Positions 38,001 to 53,000 of a stretch of DNA of 64,000 nt are shown here, piece by piece. This stretch comes from Eledone cirrhosa (taxonomy: Eukaryota), in NCBI GenBank assembly GCA_964016885.1, contig OZ024741.1, positions 118,978,001-119,042,000 on the forward strand, read 5' to 3'. How positions within the stretch are numbered: position 1 is the first letter of the stretch; each line of letters opens with the position of its first letter. Both the position numbers and the translations under genes were made by a program. The notes beneath the pieces are model-generated. The model was not told the origin of the DNA. It saw only the letters and a list, made by a program, of their open reading frames with translations, and did not search any database.

Positions 38001-41000
38001 GTGCTGCTGGTGATAGTATTGTTTGTGCTGCTGGTGATAGTATTGTTAGAACTGCTGGTGAAGGTATTGTTAGTGCTGCTGGTGATGGTATTGTTAGTAC
38101 TGCTGGTGTTAGTATTTTTAGAACTGCTGGTGAAGGTATTGTTAGTGCTGCTGGTGATAGTATTGTTAATACTGCTGGTGATGGTATTGTTAGTACTGCT
38201 CGTGATGGTATTATTAGTACTGCTGGTGATGGTATTGTTAGTACTGCTGGTGATGGTATTGTTAGTACTGCTGGTGATAGTATTGTTAGTACTGTTGGTG
38301 ATAGTATTGTTAGTACTGCTGGTGATGGTATTGTTAGTACTGCTGGTGATAGTATTGTTAGTACTGCCCGTGATAGTATTGTTAGTGCTGCTAGTGATGC
38401 TATTGTTAGTACTGCTGGTGATGGTATTGTTAGTACTGCTGGTGATGGTATTGTTAGTACTGCTAGTGATGGTATTATTAGAGCTGCTAGTGATGGTATT
38501 GTTAGTACTGCTGGTGATGGTATTGTTAGTACTGCTAGTGATGGTATTATTAGTACTGCTAGTGATGGTATTGTTAGTGCTGCTAGTCATGGTATTGTTA
38601 GTACTGCTGGTGATGGTATTGTTAGTACTGCTAGTGATGGTATTGTTAGTACTGCTAGTGATGGTATTGTTAGTACTGCTGGTGATGGTATTATTAATGC
38701 TGCTAGTGATGGTATTGTTAGTACTGCTAGTGATGGTATTGTTAGTACTGCTAGTGATGGTATTGTTAGTGCTGCTAGTCATGGTATAGTTAGTACTGCT
38801 AGTGATGGTATTGTTAGTACTGCTAGTGATGGTATTGTTAGTACTGCTAGTGATGGTATTGTTAGTACTGCTAGTGATGGTATTGTTAGTGCTGCTAGTC
38901 ATGGTATAGTTAGTACTGCTAGTGATGGTATTGTTAGTACTGCTAGTGATGGTATTGTTAGTACTGCCAGTGATGGTATTGTTAGTGCTGCTAGTCATGG
39001 TATAGTTAGTACTGCTAGTGATGGTATTGTTAGTACTGCTGGTGATAGTATTGTTAGTACTGTTGGTGATGGTATTGTTAGTGCTGCTAGTCATGGTATA
39101 GTTAGTACTGCTAGTGATGGTATTGTTAGTACTGCTAGTGATGGTATTGTTAGTGCTGCTAGTCATGGTATAGTTAGTACTGCTAGTGATGGTATTGTTA
39201 GTACTGCTGGTGATAGTATTGTTAGTACTGCTGGTGATGGTATTGTTAGTGCTGCTAGTCATGGTATAGTTAGTACTGCTAGTGATGGTATTGTTAGTAC
39301 TGCTAGTGATGGTATTGTTAGTGCTGCTAGTCATGGTATAGTTAGTACTGCTAGTGATGGTATTGTTAGTACTGCTGGTGATGGTATTGTTAGTGCTGCT
39401 AGTCATGGTATAGTTAGTACTGCTGGTGATGGTATTATTAGTGCTGCTAGTGATGGTATTGTTAGTACTGCTGGTGATGGTATTGTTAGTACTGCTAGTG
39501 ATGGTATTGTTAGTGCTGCTAGTCATGTTATAGTTAGTACTGCTAGTGATCGTATTGTTAGTACTGCTGGTGATAGTATTGTTAGTGCTGCTAGTGATGG
39601 TATTGTTAGTACTGCTGGTGATAGTATTATTAGTACTGTTGGTGATAGTATTGTTAGTACTGCTAGTGATGGTATTGTTAGTACTGCTGGTGATAGTATT
39701 GTTAGTACTGTTGGTGATAGTATTGTTAGTACTGCTGGTGATAGTATTGTTAGTACTGCTGGTGATAGTATTGTTAGTACTGTTGGTGATAGTATTGTTA
39801 GTACTGCTGGTGATGGTATTGTTAGTACAGCTAGTGATGGTATTGTTAGTACTGCTAGTGATGGTATTGTTAATCCTGTTGGTGATGGTATTGTTAGTAC
39901 TGCTAATGATGGTATTTTTAGTACTGCTGGTGATGGTATTGTTATTACTGCTAGTGATGGTAGTGTTAGTACTGCTGGTGATAGTATTGTTAGTACTGCT
40001 GTTGCTGGTAATGTTACTACTGTTGGTGATGGTATTGTTAGTACTGCTGGTGATAGTATTGTTAGTACTGTTGGTGATAGTATTGTTAGTACTGCTGGTG
40101 ATTGTATTGTTAGTACTGCTGGTGATAGTATTGTTAGTACAGCTTGTGATAGTATTGTTAGTACTGCTGGTGATAGTATTGTTAGTACTGCTGGTGATAG
40201 TATTGTTAGTACTGTTGGTGATAGTATTGTTAGTACTGCTGGTGATGGTATTGTTAGTACTGCTGGAGATAGTATTGTTAGTACTGTTGGTGATGGTATT
40301 GTTAGTACTGCTGGAGATAGTATTGTTAGTGCTGCTGGTGATGTTATTGTTAGTACTGCTCGTGATGGTATTATTAGTACTGCTGGTGATGGTATTGTTA
40401 GTACTGCTGGTGGTGGTATTGTTAGTACTGCTGGTGAAGGTATTGTTAGTGCTGCTGGTGATGGTATTATTAGTACTGCTGGTGATGCTATTGTTAGTAC
40501 TACTGGTGAAGGTATTGTTAGTGCTGCTGGTGATGGTATTGTTAGTACTGCTGGTGATGGTATTGTTAGTACTGCTGGTGTTGGTATTGTTAGTACAGCT
40601 GGTCATGGTATTGTTAGTACTGCTGGAGATGGTATTGTTAGTACTGCTGGTGATGGTATTGTTAGTACTGCTGGAGATGGTATTGTTAGCACTGCTGGTG
40701 AAGGTATTGTTAGTACTGCTGGTGATAGTATTGTTAGTACTGCTGGAGATGCTATTGTTAGTACTGCTAGTGATGGTATTGTTAGTACTGCTGGTGATGG
40801 TATTTTTAGTATTGTTAGTACTGCTAGTGATGGCATTGTTAGTACTGCTGGTGATGGTATTGTTAGTATTGCTGGTGATAGTATTGTTAGTACTGCTAGT
40901 GATGGTATTGTTAGTACTGCTGGTGATGGTATTGTTAGTGCTGCTACTGATGGTATTGTTAGTATTGCTGGTGATTGTATTGTTAGTACTGCTAGTGATG

Positions 41001-44000
41001 GTATTGTTAGTACTGCTGGTGATGGTATTGTTAGTGCTGCTAGTGATGGTATTGTTAGTACTGCTGGTGATAGTATTGTTAGTACTGCTAGTGATAGTAT
41101 TGTTAGTACTGCTGGTGATGGTATTGTTAGTATTGCTGGTGATAGTATTGTTAGTACTGCTAGTGATGGTATTGTTAGTACTGCTGGTGATAGTATTGTT
41201 AGTGCTGCTAGTGATGGTATTGTTAGTACTGCTGGTGATGGTATTGTTAGTACTGCTGGTGTTGGTATTGTTAGTACTGCTGGTGATGGTATTGTTAGTA
41301 CTGCTGGTGATGGTATTGTTAGTACTGCTAGTGATGGTATTGTTAGTGCTGCTAGTGATGGTATTGTTAGTACTGCTAGTGATGGTATTGTTAGTGCTGC
41401 TGGTGATGGTTTTGTTAGTACTGCTGGAGACGGTATTGTTAGTACTGCTGGTGATGCTATTGTTAGTACTGCTGGTGATGGTATTGTTAGTGCTGCTGGT
41501 GATGGTATTCTTAGTACTGCTGGTGATGGTTTTGTTAGTACTGCTGGAGACGGTATTGTTAGTACTGCTGGTGATGGTATTGTTAGTGCTGCTGGTGATG
41601 GTATTGTTAGTACTGCTAGTGATGGTATTGTTAGTAGTGCTGGTGATGGTATTGTTAGTGCTGCTGGTGATGGTTTTTTTAGTACTGCTGGTGATAGTAT
41701 TGTTAGTACTGCTAGTGATAGTATTGTTAGTACTGCTGGTGATGGTATTGTTAGTACTGCTGGTGATGGTATTGTTAGTACTGCTAGTGACAGTATGGTT
41801 AGAATTGCTGGTGATGGTATTGTTAGTACTGCTAGTGATGGTATTGTTAGTACTGCTGGTGATAGTATTGTTAGTACTGCTGGTAATGGTATTGTTAGTA
41901 CTGCTGGTGAAGGTATTGTTAGTACTGCTGGTGATAGTGTTGTTAGTCCTGCGGATGATGGTATTGTTAGTACTGCTGGTGATGGTATTGTTAGTACTGC
42001 TGGTGATGGTATTGTTAGTGCTGCTAGTGATGGTATTGTTAGTACTGCTAGTGATGGTATTGTTAGTACTGCTGGTGACGGTATTGTTAGTACTGCTGGT
42101 GATGGTATTGTTAGTGCTGCTAGTGATGGTATTGTTAGTACTGCTGGTGATGGTATTGTTAGTACTGCTGGTGATGGTATTGTTAGTGCTGCTAGTGATA
42201 GTATTGTTAGTACTGCTGGCGATGGTATTGTTAGTACTGCTGGTGATGGTATTGTTAGTACTGCTGGTGATGGTATTGTTAGTACTGCTGGTGATGGTAT
42301 TGTTAGTACAGCTGGTACTAGTATTGTTAGTACTGCTGGTGATGGTATTGTTAGTACTGCTGGTGATGTTATTGTTAGTGCTGCTAGTGATGGTATTGTT
42401 AGTACTGCTGGTGATGGTATTGTTAGTACTGCTGGTGATCGTATTGTTAGTACTGCTGGTGATAGTATTGTTAGTACTGCTGGTGATGGTATTGTTAGTA
42501 CTGCTGGTGATGTTATTGTTAGTGCTGCTAGTGATGGTATTGTTAGTACTGCTGGTGATGGTATTGTTAGTGCTGCTGGTGATCGTATTGTTAGTACTGC
42601 TGGTGATAGTATTGTTAGTACTGCTGGTGATGGTATTGTTAGTACTGCTGGTGATGGTATTGTTAGTACTGCTGGTGATGGTATTGTTAGTACTGCTGGT
42701 GATGGTATTGTTAGTACTGCTGGAGACGGTATTGTTAGTACTGCTGGTGATAGTATTGTTAGTACTGCTAGTTATGTTATAGTTAGTACTGATAGTGATG
42801 GTATTGTTAGTACTGCTGGTGATGGTATTGTTAGTACTGCTGGTGATGGTATTGTTAGTACTGCTGGAGACGGTATTGTTAGTACTGATGGTGATGGTAT
42901 TGTTAGTACTGTTGGTGATAGTATTGTTAGTACTGCAGGTGATAGTATTGCTAGTACTGCTGGTGATGGTATTGTTAGTACTGCTGGTGATGCTATTGTT
43001 AGTACTGCTAGTTATTTTATTGTTACTATGCTGGTGATTTTATTGTTAGTGCTGCTAGTGATGGTATTGTTAGTACAGCTGGTGATGCTATTGTTAGTAC
43101 TGCTGGTGAAGGTATTGTTAGTGCTGCTGGTGATGGTATTATTAGTACTGCTGGTGATGCTATTGTTAGTACTACTGGTGAAGGTATTGTTAGTGCTGCT
43201 GGTGATGGTATTGTTAGTACTGCTGGTGATGGTATTGTTAGTACTGCTGGTGTTGGTATTGTTAGTACAGCTGGTCATGGTATTGTTAGTACTGCTGGAG
43301 ATGGTATTGTTAGTACTGCTGGTGATGGTATTGTTAGTACTGCTGGAGATGGTATTGTTAGCACTGCTGGTGAAGGTATTGTTAGTACTGCTGGTGATAG
43401 TATTGTTAGTACTGCTGGAGATGCTATTGTTAGTACTGCTAGTGATGGTATTGTTAGTACTGCTGGTGATGGTATTTTTAGTATTGCTGGTGATAGTATT
43501 GTTAGTACTGCTAGTGATGGCATTGTTAGTACTGCTGGTGATGGTATTGTTAGTATTGCTGGTGATAGTATTGTTAGTACTGCTAGTGATGGTATTGTTA
43601 GTACTGCTGGTGATGGTATTGTTAGTGCTGCTAGTGATGGTATTGTTAGTATTGCTGGTGATAGTATTGTTAGTACTGCTAGTGATGGTATTGTTAGTAC
43701 TGCTGGTGATGGTATTGTTAGTGCTGCTAGTGATGGTATTGTTAGTACTGCTGGTGATAGTATTGTTAGTACTGCTAGTGATAGTATTGTTAGTACTGCT
43801 GGTGATGGTATTGTTAGTATTGCTGGTGATAGTATTGTTAGTACTGCTAGTGATGGTATTGTTAGTACTGCTGGTGATGGTATTGTTAGTGCTGCTAGTG
43901 ATGGTATTGTTAGTACTGCTGGTGATGGTATTGTTAGTACTGCTGGTGTTGGTATTGTTAGTACTGCTGGTGATGGTATTGTTAGTACTGCTAGTGATGG

Positions 44001-47000
44001 TATTGTTAGTGCTGCTAGTGATGGTATTGTTAGTACTGCTAGTGATGGTATTGTTAGTGCTGCTGGTGATGGTTTTGTTAGTACTGCTGGAGACGGTATT
44101 GTTAGTACTGCTGGTGATGCTATTGTTAGTACTGCTGGTGATGGTATTGTTAGTGCTGCTGGTGATGGTATTCTTAGTACTGCTGGTGATGTTTTTGTTA
44201 GTACTGCTGGAGACGGTATTGTTAGTACTGCTGGTGGTGGTATTGTTAGTGCTGCTGGTGATGGTATTGTTAGTACTGCTAGTGATGCTATTGTTAGTGC
44301 TGCTGGTGATGTTTTTTTTAGTACTGCTGGTGATAGTATTGTTAGTACTGCTAGTGATAGTATTGTTAGTACTGCTGGTGATGGTATTGTTAGTACTGCT
44401 GGTGATGGTATTGTTAGTACTGCTAGTGACAGTATGGTTAGAATTGCTGGTGATGGTATTGTTAGTACTGCTAGTGATGGTATTGTTAGTACTGCTGGTG
44501 ATAGTATTGTTAGTACTGCTGGTAATGGTATTGTTAGTACTGCTGGTGAAGGTATTGTTAGTACTGCTGGTGATAGTGTTGTTAGTCCTGCGGATGATGG
44601 TATTGTTAGTACTGCTGGTGATGGTATTGTTAGTACTGCTGGTGATGGTATTGTTAGTGCTGCTAGTGATGGTATTGTTAGTACTGCTAGTGATGGTATT
44701 GTTAGTACTGCTGGTGACGGTATTGTTAGTACTGCTGGTGATGGTATTGTTAGTGCTGCTAGTGATGGTATTGTTAGTACTGCTGGTGATAGTATTGTTA
44801 GTACTGCTGGTGATGGTATTGTTAGTGCTGCTAGTGACAGTATTGTTAGTACTGCTGGCGATGGTATTGTTAGTACTGCTGGTGATGGTATTGTTAGTAC
44901 TGCTGGTGATGGTATTGTTAGTACTGCTGGTGATGGTATTGTTAGTACAGCTGGTACTAGTATTGTTAGTACTGCTGGTGATGGTATTGTTAGTACTGCT
45001 GGTGATGTTATTGTTAGTGCTGCTAGTGATGGTATTGTTAGTACTGCTGGTGATGGTATTGTTAGTACTGCTGGTGATGGTATTGTTAGTGCTGCTGGTG
45101 ATCGTATTGTTAGTACTGCTGGTGATAGTATTGTTAGTACTGCTGGTGATGGTATTGTTAGTACTGCTGGTGATGGTATTGTTAGTACTGCTGGTGATGG
45201 CATTGTTAGTACTGCTGGTGATGGTATTGTTAGTACTGCTGGAGACGGTATTGTTAGTACTGCTGGTGATAGTATTGTTAGTACTGCTAGTTATGTTATA
45301 GTTAGTACTGATAGTGATGGTATTGTTAGTACTGCTGGTGATGGTATTGTTAGTACTGCTGGTGATGGTATTGTTAGTACTGCTGGAGACGGTATTGTTA
45401 GTACTGATGGTGATGGTATTGTTAGTACTGCTGGTGATAGTATTGTTAGTACTGTTGGTGATAGTATTGTTAGTACTGCAGGTGATAGTATTGCTAGTAC
45501 TGCTGGTGATGGTATTGTTAGTACTGCTAGTGATGCTATTGTTAGTACTGCTAGTTATTTTATTGTTACTATGCTGGTGATTTTATTGTTAGTGCTGCTA
45601 GTGATGGTATTGTTAGTACTGCTAGTGATGGTATTGTTAGTGCTGCTGGTTATGGTATTGTTAGTACTGCTGGTGATGTTATTGTTAGTACTGCTAGTTA
45701 TTTTATTGTTAGTATGCTGGTGATTTTATTGTTATTGCTGCTGGTGATGGTATTGTTCGTACTACTAGTGATGGCATTGTTAGTACTGCTGGTGATAGTA
45801 TTGTTAGTACTGCCCGTGATAGTATTGTTAGTGCTGCTAGTGATGCTATTGTTAGTACTGCTGGTGATGGTATTGTTAGTACTGCTGGTGATGGTATTGT
45901 TAGTACTGCTAGTGATGGTATTATTAGAGCTGCTAGTGATGGTATTGTTAGTACTGCTGGTGATGGTATTGTTAGTACTGCTAGTGATGGTATTATTAGT
46001 ACTGCTAGTGATGGTATTGTTAGTGCTGCTAGTCATGGTATTGTTAGTACTGCTGGTGATGGTATTGTTAGTACTGCTAGTGATGGTATTGTTAGTACTG
46101 CTAGTGATGGTATTGTTAGTACTGCTGGTGATGGTATTATTAATGCTGCTAGTGATGGTATTGTTAGTACTGCTAGTGATGGTATTGTTAGTACTGCTAG
46201 TGATGGTATTGTTAGTGCTGCTAGTCATGGTATAGTTAGTACTGCTAGTGATGGTATTGTTAGTACTGCTAGTGATGGTATTGTTAGTACTGCTAGTGAT
46301 GGTATTGTTAGTACTGCTAGTGATGGTATTGTTAGTGCTGCTAGTCATGGTATAGTTAGTACTGCTAGTGATGGTATTGTTAGTACTGCTAGTGATGGTA
46401 TTGTTAGTACTGCCAGTGATGGTATTGTTAGTGCTGCTAGTCATGGTATAGTTAGTACTGCTAGTGATGGTATTGTTAGTACTGCTGGTGATAGTATTGT
46501 TAGTACTGTTGGTGATGGTATTGTTAGTGCTGCTAGTCATGGTATAGTTAGTACTGCTAGTGATGGTATTGTTAGTACTGCTAGTGATGGTATTGTTAGT
46601 GCTGCTAGTCATGGTATAGTTAGTACTGCTAGTGATGGTATTGTTAGTACTGCTGGTGATAGTATTGTTAGTACTGCTGGTGATGGTATTGTTAGTGCTG
46701 CTAGTCATGGTATAGTTAGTACTGCTAGTGATGGTATTGTTAGTACTGCTAGTGATGGTATTGTTAGTGCTGCTAGTCATGGTATAGTTAGTACTGCTAG
46801 TGATGGTATTGTTAGTACTGCTGGTGATGGTATTGTTAGTGCTGCTAGTCATGGTATAGTTAGTACTGCTGGTGATGGTATTATTAGTGCTGCTAGTGAT
46901 GGTATTGTTAGTACTGCTGGTGATGGTATTGTTAGTACTGCTAGTGATGGTATTGTTAGTGCTGCTAGTCATGTTATAGTTAGTACTGCTAGTGATCGTA

Positions 47001-50000
47001 TTGTTAGTACTGCTGGTGATAGTATTGTTAGTGCTGCTAGTGATGGTATTGTTAGTACTGCTGGTGATAGTATTATTAGTACTGTTGGTGATAGTATTGT
47101 TAGTACTGCTAGTGATGGTATTGTTAGTACTGCTGGTGATAGTATTGTTAGTACTGTTGGTGATAGTATTGTTAGTACTGCTGGTGATAGTATTGTTAGT
47201 ACTGCTGGTGATAGTATTGTTAGTACTGTTGGTGATAGTATTGTTAGTACTGCTGGTGATGGTATTGTTAGTACAGCTAGTGATGGTATTGTTAGTACTG
47301 CTAGTGATGGTATTGTTAATCCTGTTGGTGATGGTATTGTTAGTACTGCTAATGATGGTATTTTTAGTACTGCTGGTGATGGTATTGTTATTACTGCTAG
47401 TGATGGTAGTGTTAGTACTGCTGGTGATAGTATTGTTAGTACTGCTGTTGCTGGTAATGTTACTACTGTTGGTGATGGTATTGTTAGTACTGCTGGTGAT
47501 AGTATTGTTAGTACTGTTGGTGATAGTATTGTTAGTACTGCTGGTGATTGTATTGTTAGTACTGCTGGTGATAGTATTGTTAGTACAGCTTGTGATAGTA
47601 TTGTTAGTACTGCTGGTGATAGTATTGTTAGTACTGCTGGTGATAGTATTGTTAGTACTGTTGGTGATAGTATTGTTAGTACTGCTGGTGATGGTATTGT
47701 TAGTACTGCTGGAGATAGTATTGTTAGTACTGTTGGTGATGGTATTGTTAGTACTGCTGGAGATAGTATTGTTAGTGCTGCTGGTGATGTTATTGTTAGT
47801 ACTGCTCGTGATGGTATTATTAGTACTGCTGGTGATGGTATTGTTAGTACTGCTGGTGGTGGTATTGTTAGTACTGCTGGTGAAGGTATTGTTAGTGCTG
47901 CTGGTGATGGTATTATTAGTACTGCTGGTGATGCTATTGTTAGTACTACTGGTGAAGGTATTGTTAGTGCTGCTGGTGATGGTATTGTTAGTACTGCTGG
48001 TGATGGTATTGTTAGTACTGCTGGTGTTGGTATTGTTAGTACAGCTGGTCATGGTATTGTTAGTACTGCTGGAGATGGTATTGTTAGTACTGCTGGTGAT
48101 GGTATTGTTAGTACTGCTGGAGATGGTATTGTTAGCACTGCTGGTGAAGGTATTGTTAGTACTGCTGGTGATAGTATTGTTAGTACTGCTGGAGATGCTA
48201 TTGTTAGTACTGCTAGTGATGGTATTGTTAGTACTGCTGGTGATGGTATTTTTAGTATTGTTAGTACTGCTAGTGATGGCATTGTTAGTACTGCTGGTGA
48301 TGGTATTGTTAGTATTGCTGGTGATAGTATTGTTAGTACTGCTAGTGATGGTATTGTTAGTACTGCTGGTGATGGTATTGTTAGTGCTGCTACTGATGGT
48401 ATTGTTAGTATTGCTGGTGATTGTATTGTTAGTACTGCTAGTGATGGTATTGTTAGTACTGCTGGTGATGGTATTGTTAGTGCTGCTAGTGATGGTATTG
48501 TTAGTACTGCTGGTGATAGTATTGTTAGTACTGCTAGTGATAGTATTGTTAGTACTGCTGGTGATGGTATTGTTAGTATTGCTGGTGATAGTATTGTTAG
48601 TACTGCTAGTGATGGTATTGTTAGTACTGCTGGTGATAGTATTGTTAGTGCTGCTAGTGATGGTATTGTTAGTACTGCTGGTGATGGTATTGTTAGTACT
48701 GCTGGTGTTGGTATTGTTAGTACTGCTGGTGATGGTATTGTTAGTACTGCTGGTGATGGTATTGTTAGTACTGCTAGTGATGGTATTGTTAGTGCTGCTA
48801 GTGATGGTATTGTTAGTACTGCTAGTGATGGTATTGTTAGTGCTGCTGGTGATGGTTTTGTTAGTACTGCTGGAGACGGTATTGTTAGTACTGCTGGTGA
48901 TGCTATTGTTAGTACTGCTGGTGATGGTATTGTTAGTGCTGCTGGTGATGGTATTCTTAGTACTGCTGGTGATGGTTTTGTTAGTACTGCTGGAGACGGT
49001 ATTGTTAGTACTGCTGGTGATGGTATTGTTAGTGCTGCTGGTGATGGTATTGTTAGTACTGCTAGTGATGGTATTGTTAGTAGTGCTGGTGATGGTATTG
49101 TTAGTGCTGCTGGTGATGGTTTTTTTAGTACTGCTGGTGATAGTATTGTTAGTACTGCTAGTGATAGTATTGTTAGTACTGCTGGTGATGGTATTGTTAG
49201 TACTGCTGGTGATGGTATTGTTAGTACTGCTAGTGACAGTATGGTTAGAATTGCTGGTGATGGTATTGTTAGTACTGCTAGTGATGGTATTGTTAGTACT
49301 GCTGGTGATAGTATTGTTAGTACTGCTGGTAATGGTATTGTTAGTACTGCTGGTGAAGGTATTGTTAGTACTGCTGGTGATAGTGTTGTTAGTCCTGCGG
49401 ATGATGGTATTGTTAGTACTGCTGGTGATGGTATTGTTAGTACTGCTGGTGATGGTATTGTTAGTGCTGCTAGTGATGGTATTGTTAGTACTGCTAGTGA
49501 TGGTATTGTTAGTACTGCTGGTGACGGTATTGTTAGTACTGCTGGTGATGGTATTGTTAGTGCTGCTAGTGATGGTATTGTTAGTACTGCTGGTGATGGT
49601 ATTGTTAGTACTGCTGGTGATGGTATTGTTAGTGCTGCTAGTGATAGTATTGTTAGTACTGCTGGCGATGGTATTGTTAGTACTGCTGGTGATGGTATTG
49701 TTAGTACTGCTGGTGATGGTATTGTTAGTACTGCTGGTGATGGTATTGTTAGTACAGCTGGTACTAGTATTGTTAGTACTGCTGGTGATGGTATTGTTAG
49801 TACTGCTGGTGATGTTATTGTTAGTGCTGCTAGTGATGGTATTGTTAGTACTGCTGGTGATGGTATTGTTAGTACTGCTGGTGATCGTATTGTTAGTACT
49901 GCTGGTGATAGTATTGTTAGTACTGCTGGTGATGGTATTGTTAGTACTGCTGGTGATGTTATTGTTAGTGCTGCTAGTGATGGTATTGTTAGTACTGCTG

Positions 50001-53000
50001 GTGATGGTATTGTTAGTGCTGCTGGTGATCGTATTGTTAGTACTGCTGGTGATAGTATTGTTAGTACTGCTGGTGATGGTATTGTTAGTACTGCTGGTGA
50101 TGGTATTGTTAGTACTGCTGGTGATGGTATTGTTAGTACTGCTGGTGATGGTATTGTTAGTACTGCTGGAGACGGTATTGTTAGTACTGCTGGTGATAGT
50201 ATTGTTAGTACTGCTAGTTATGTTATAGTTAGTACTGATAGTGATGGTATTGTTAGTACTGCTGGTGATGGTATTGTTAGTACTGCTGGTGATGGTATTG
50301 TTAGTACTGCTGGAGACGGTATTGTTAGTACTGATGGTGATGGTATTGTTAGTACTGTTGGTGATAGTATTGTTAGTACTGCAGGTGATAGTATTGCTAG
50401 TACTGCTGGTGATGGTATTGTTAGTACTGCTGGTGATGCTATTGTTAGTACTGCTAGTTATTTTATTGTTACTATGCTGGTGATTTTATTGTTAGTGCTG
50501 CTAGTGATGGTATTGTTAGTACAGCTGGTGATGCTATTGTTAGTACTGCTGGTGAAGGTATTGTTAGTGCTGCTGGTGATGGTATTATTAGTACTGCTGG
50601 TGATGCTATTGTTAGTACTACTGGTGAAGGTATTGTTAGTGCTGCTGGTGATGGTATTGTTAGTACTGCTGGTGATGGTATTGTTAGTACTGCTGGTGTT
50701 GGTATTGTTAGTACAGCTGGTCATGGTATTGTTAGTACTGCTGGAGATGGTATTGTTAGTACTGCTGGTGATGGTATTGTTAGTACTGCTGGAGATGGTA
50801 TTGTTAGCACTGCTGGTGAAGGTATTGTTAGTACTGCTGGTGATAGTATTGTTAGTACTGCTGGAGATGCTATTGTTAGTACTGCTAGTGATGGTATTGT
50901 TAGTACTGCTGGTGATGGTATTTTTAGTATTGCTGGTGATAGTATTGTTAGTACTGCTAGTGATGGCATTGTTAGTACTGCTGGTGATGGTATTGTTAGT
51001 ATTGCTGGTGATAGTATTGTTAGTACTGCTAGTGATGGTATTGTTAGTACTGCTGGTGATGGTATTGTTAGTGCTGCTAGTGATGGTATTGTTAGTATTG
51101 CTGGTGATAGTATTGTTAGTACTGCTAGTGATGGTATTGTTAGTACTGCTGGTGATGGTATTGTTAGTGCTGCTAGTGATGGTATTGTTAGTACTGCTGG
51201 TGATAGTATTGTTAGTACTGCTAGTGATAGTATTGTTAGTACTGCTGGTGATGGTATTGTTAGTATTGCTGGTGATAGTATTGTTAGTACTGCTAGTGAT
51301 GGTATTGTTAGTACTGCTGGTGATGGTATTGTTAGTGCTGCTAGTGATGGTATTGTTAGTACTGCTGGTGATGGTATTGTTAGTACTGCTGGTGTTGGTA
51401 TTGTTAGTACTGCTGGTGATGGTATTGTTAGTACTGCTAGTGATGGTATTGTTAGTGCTGCTAGTGATGGTATTGTTAGTACTGCTAGTGATGGTATTGT
51501 TAGTGCTGCTGGTGATGGTTTTGTTAGTACTGCTGGAGACGGTATTGTTAGTACTGCTGGTGATGCTATTGTTAGTACTGCTGGTGATGGTATTGTTAGT
51601 GCTGCTGGTGATGGTATTCTTAGTACTGCTGGTGATGTTTTTGTTAGTACTGCTGGAGACGGTATTGTTAGTACTGCTGGTGGTGGTATTGTTAGTGCTG
51701 CTGGTGATGGTATTGTTAGTACTGCTAGTGATGCTATTGTTAGTGCTGCTGGTGATGTTTTTTTTAGTACTGCTGGTGATAGTATTGTTAGTACTGCTAG
51801 TGATAGTATTGTTAGTACTGCTGGTGATGGTATTGTTAGTACTGCTGGTGATGGTATTGTTAGTACTGCTAGTGACAGTATGGTTAGAATTGCTGGTGAT
51901 GGTATTGTTAGTACTGCTAGTGATGGTATTGTTAGTACTGCTGGTGATAGTATTGTTAGTACTGCTGGTAATGGTATTGTTAGTACTGCTGGTGAAGGTA
52001 TTGTTAGTACTGCTGGTGATAGTGTTGTTAGTCCTGCGGATGATGGTATTGTTAGTACTGCTGGTGATGGTATTGTTAGTACTGCTGGTGATGGTATTGT
52101 TAGTGCTGCTAGTGATGGTATTGTTAGTACTGCTAGTGATGGTATTGTTAGTACTGCTGGTGACGGTATTGTTAGTACTGCTGGTGATGGTATTGTTAGT
52201 GCTGCTAGTGATGGTATTGTTAGTACTGCTGGTGATAGTATTGTTAGTACTGCTGGTGATGGTATTGTTAGTGCTGCTAGTGACAGTATTGTTAGTACTG
52301 CTGGCGATGGTATTGTTAGTACTGCTGGTGATGGTATTGTTAGTACTGCTGGTGATGGTATTGTTAGTACTGCTGGTGATGGTATTGTTAGTACAGCTGG
52401 TACTAGTATTGTTAGTACTGCTGGTGATGGTATTGTTAGTACTGCTGGTGATGTTATTGTTAGTGCTGCTAGTGATGGTATTGTTAGTACTGCTGGTGAT
52501 GGTATTGTTAGTACTGCTGGTGATGGTATTGTTAGTGCTGCTGGTGATCGTATTGTTAGTACTGCTGGTGATAGTATTGTTAGTACTGCTGGTGATGGTA
52601 TTGTTAGTACTGCTGGTGATGGTATTGTTAGTACTGCTGGTGATGGCATTGTTAGTACTGCTGGTGATGGTATTGTTAGTACTGCTGGAGACGGTATTGT
52701 TAGTACTGCTGGTGATAGTATTGTTAGTACTGCTAGTTATGTTATAGTTAGTACTGATAGTGATGGTATTGTTAGTACTGCTGGTGATGGTATTGTTAGT
52801 ACTGCTGGTGATGGTATTGTTAGTACTGCTGGAGACGGTATTGTTAGTACTGATGGTGATGGTATTGTTAGTACTGCTGGTGATAGTATTGTTAGTACTG
52901 TTGGTGATAGTATTGTTAGTACTGCAGGTGATAGTATTGCTAGTACTGCTGGTGATGGTATTGTTAGTACTGCTAGTGATGCTATTGTTAGTACTGCTAG

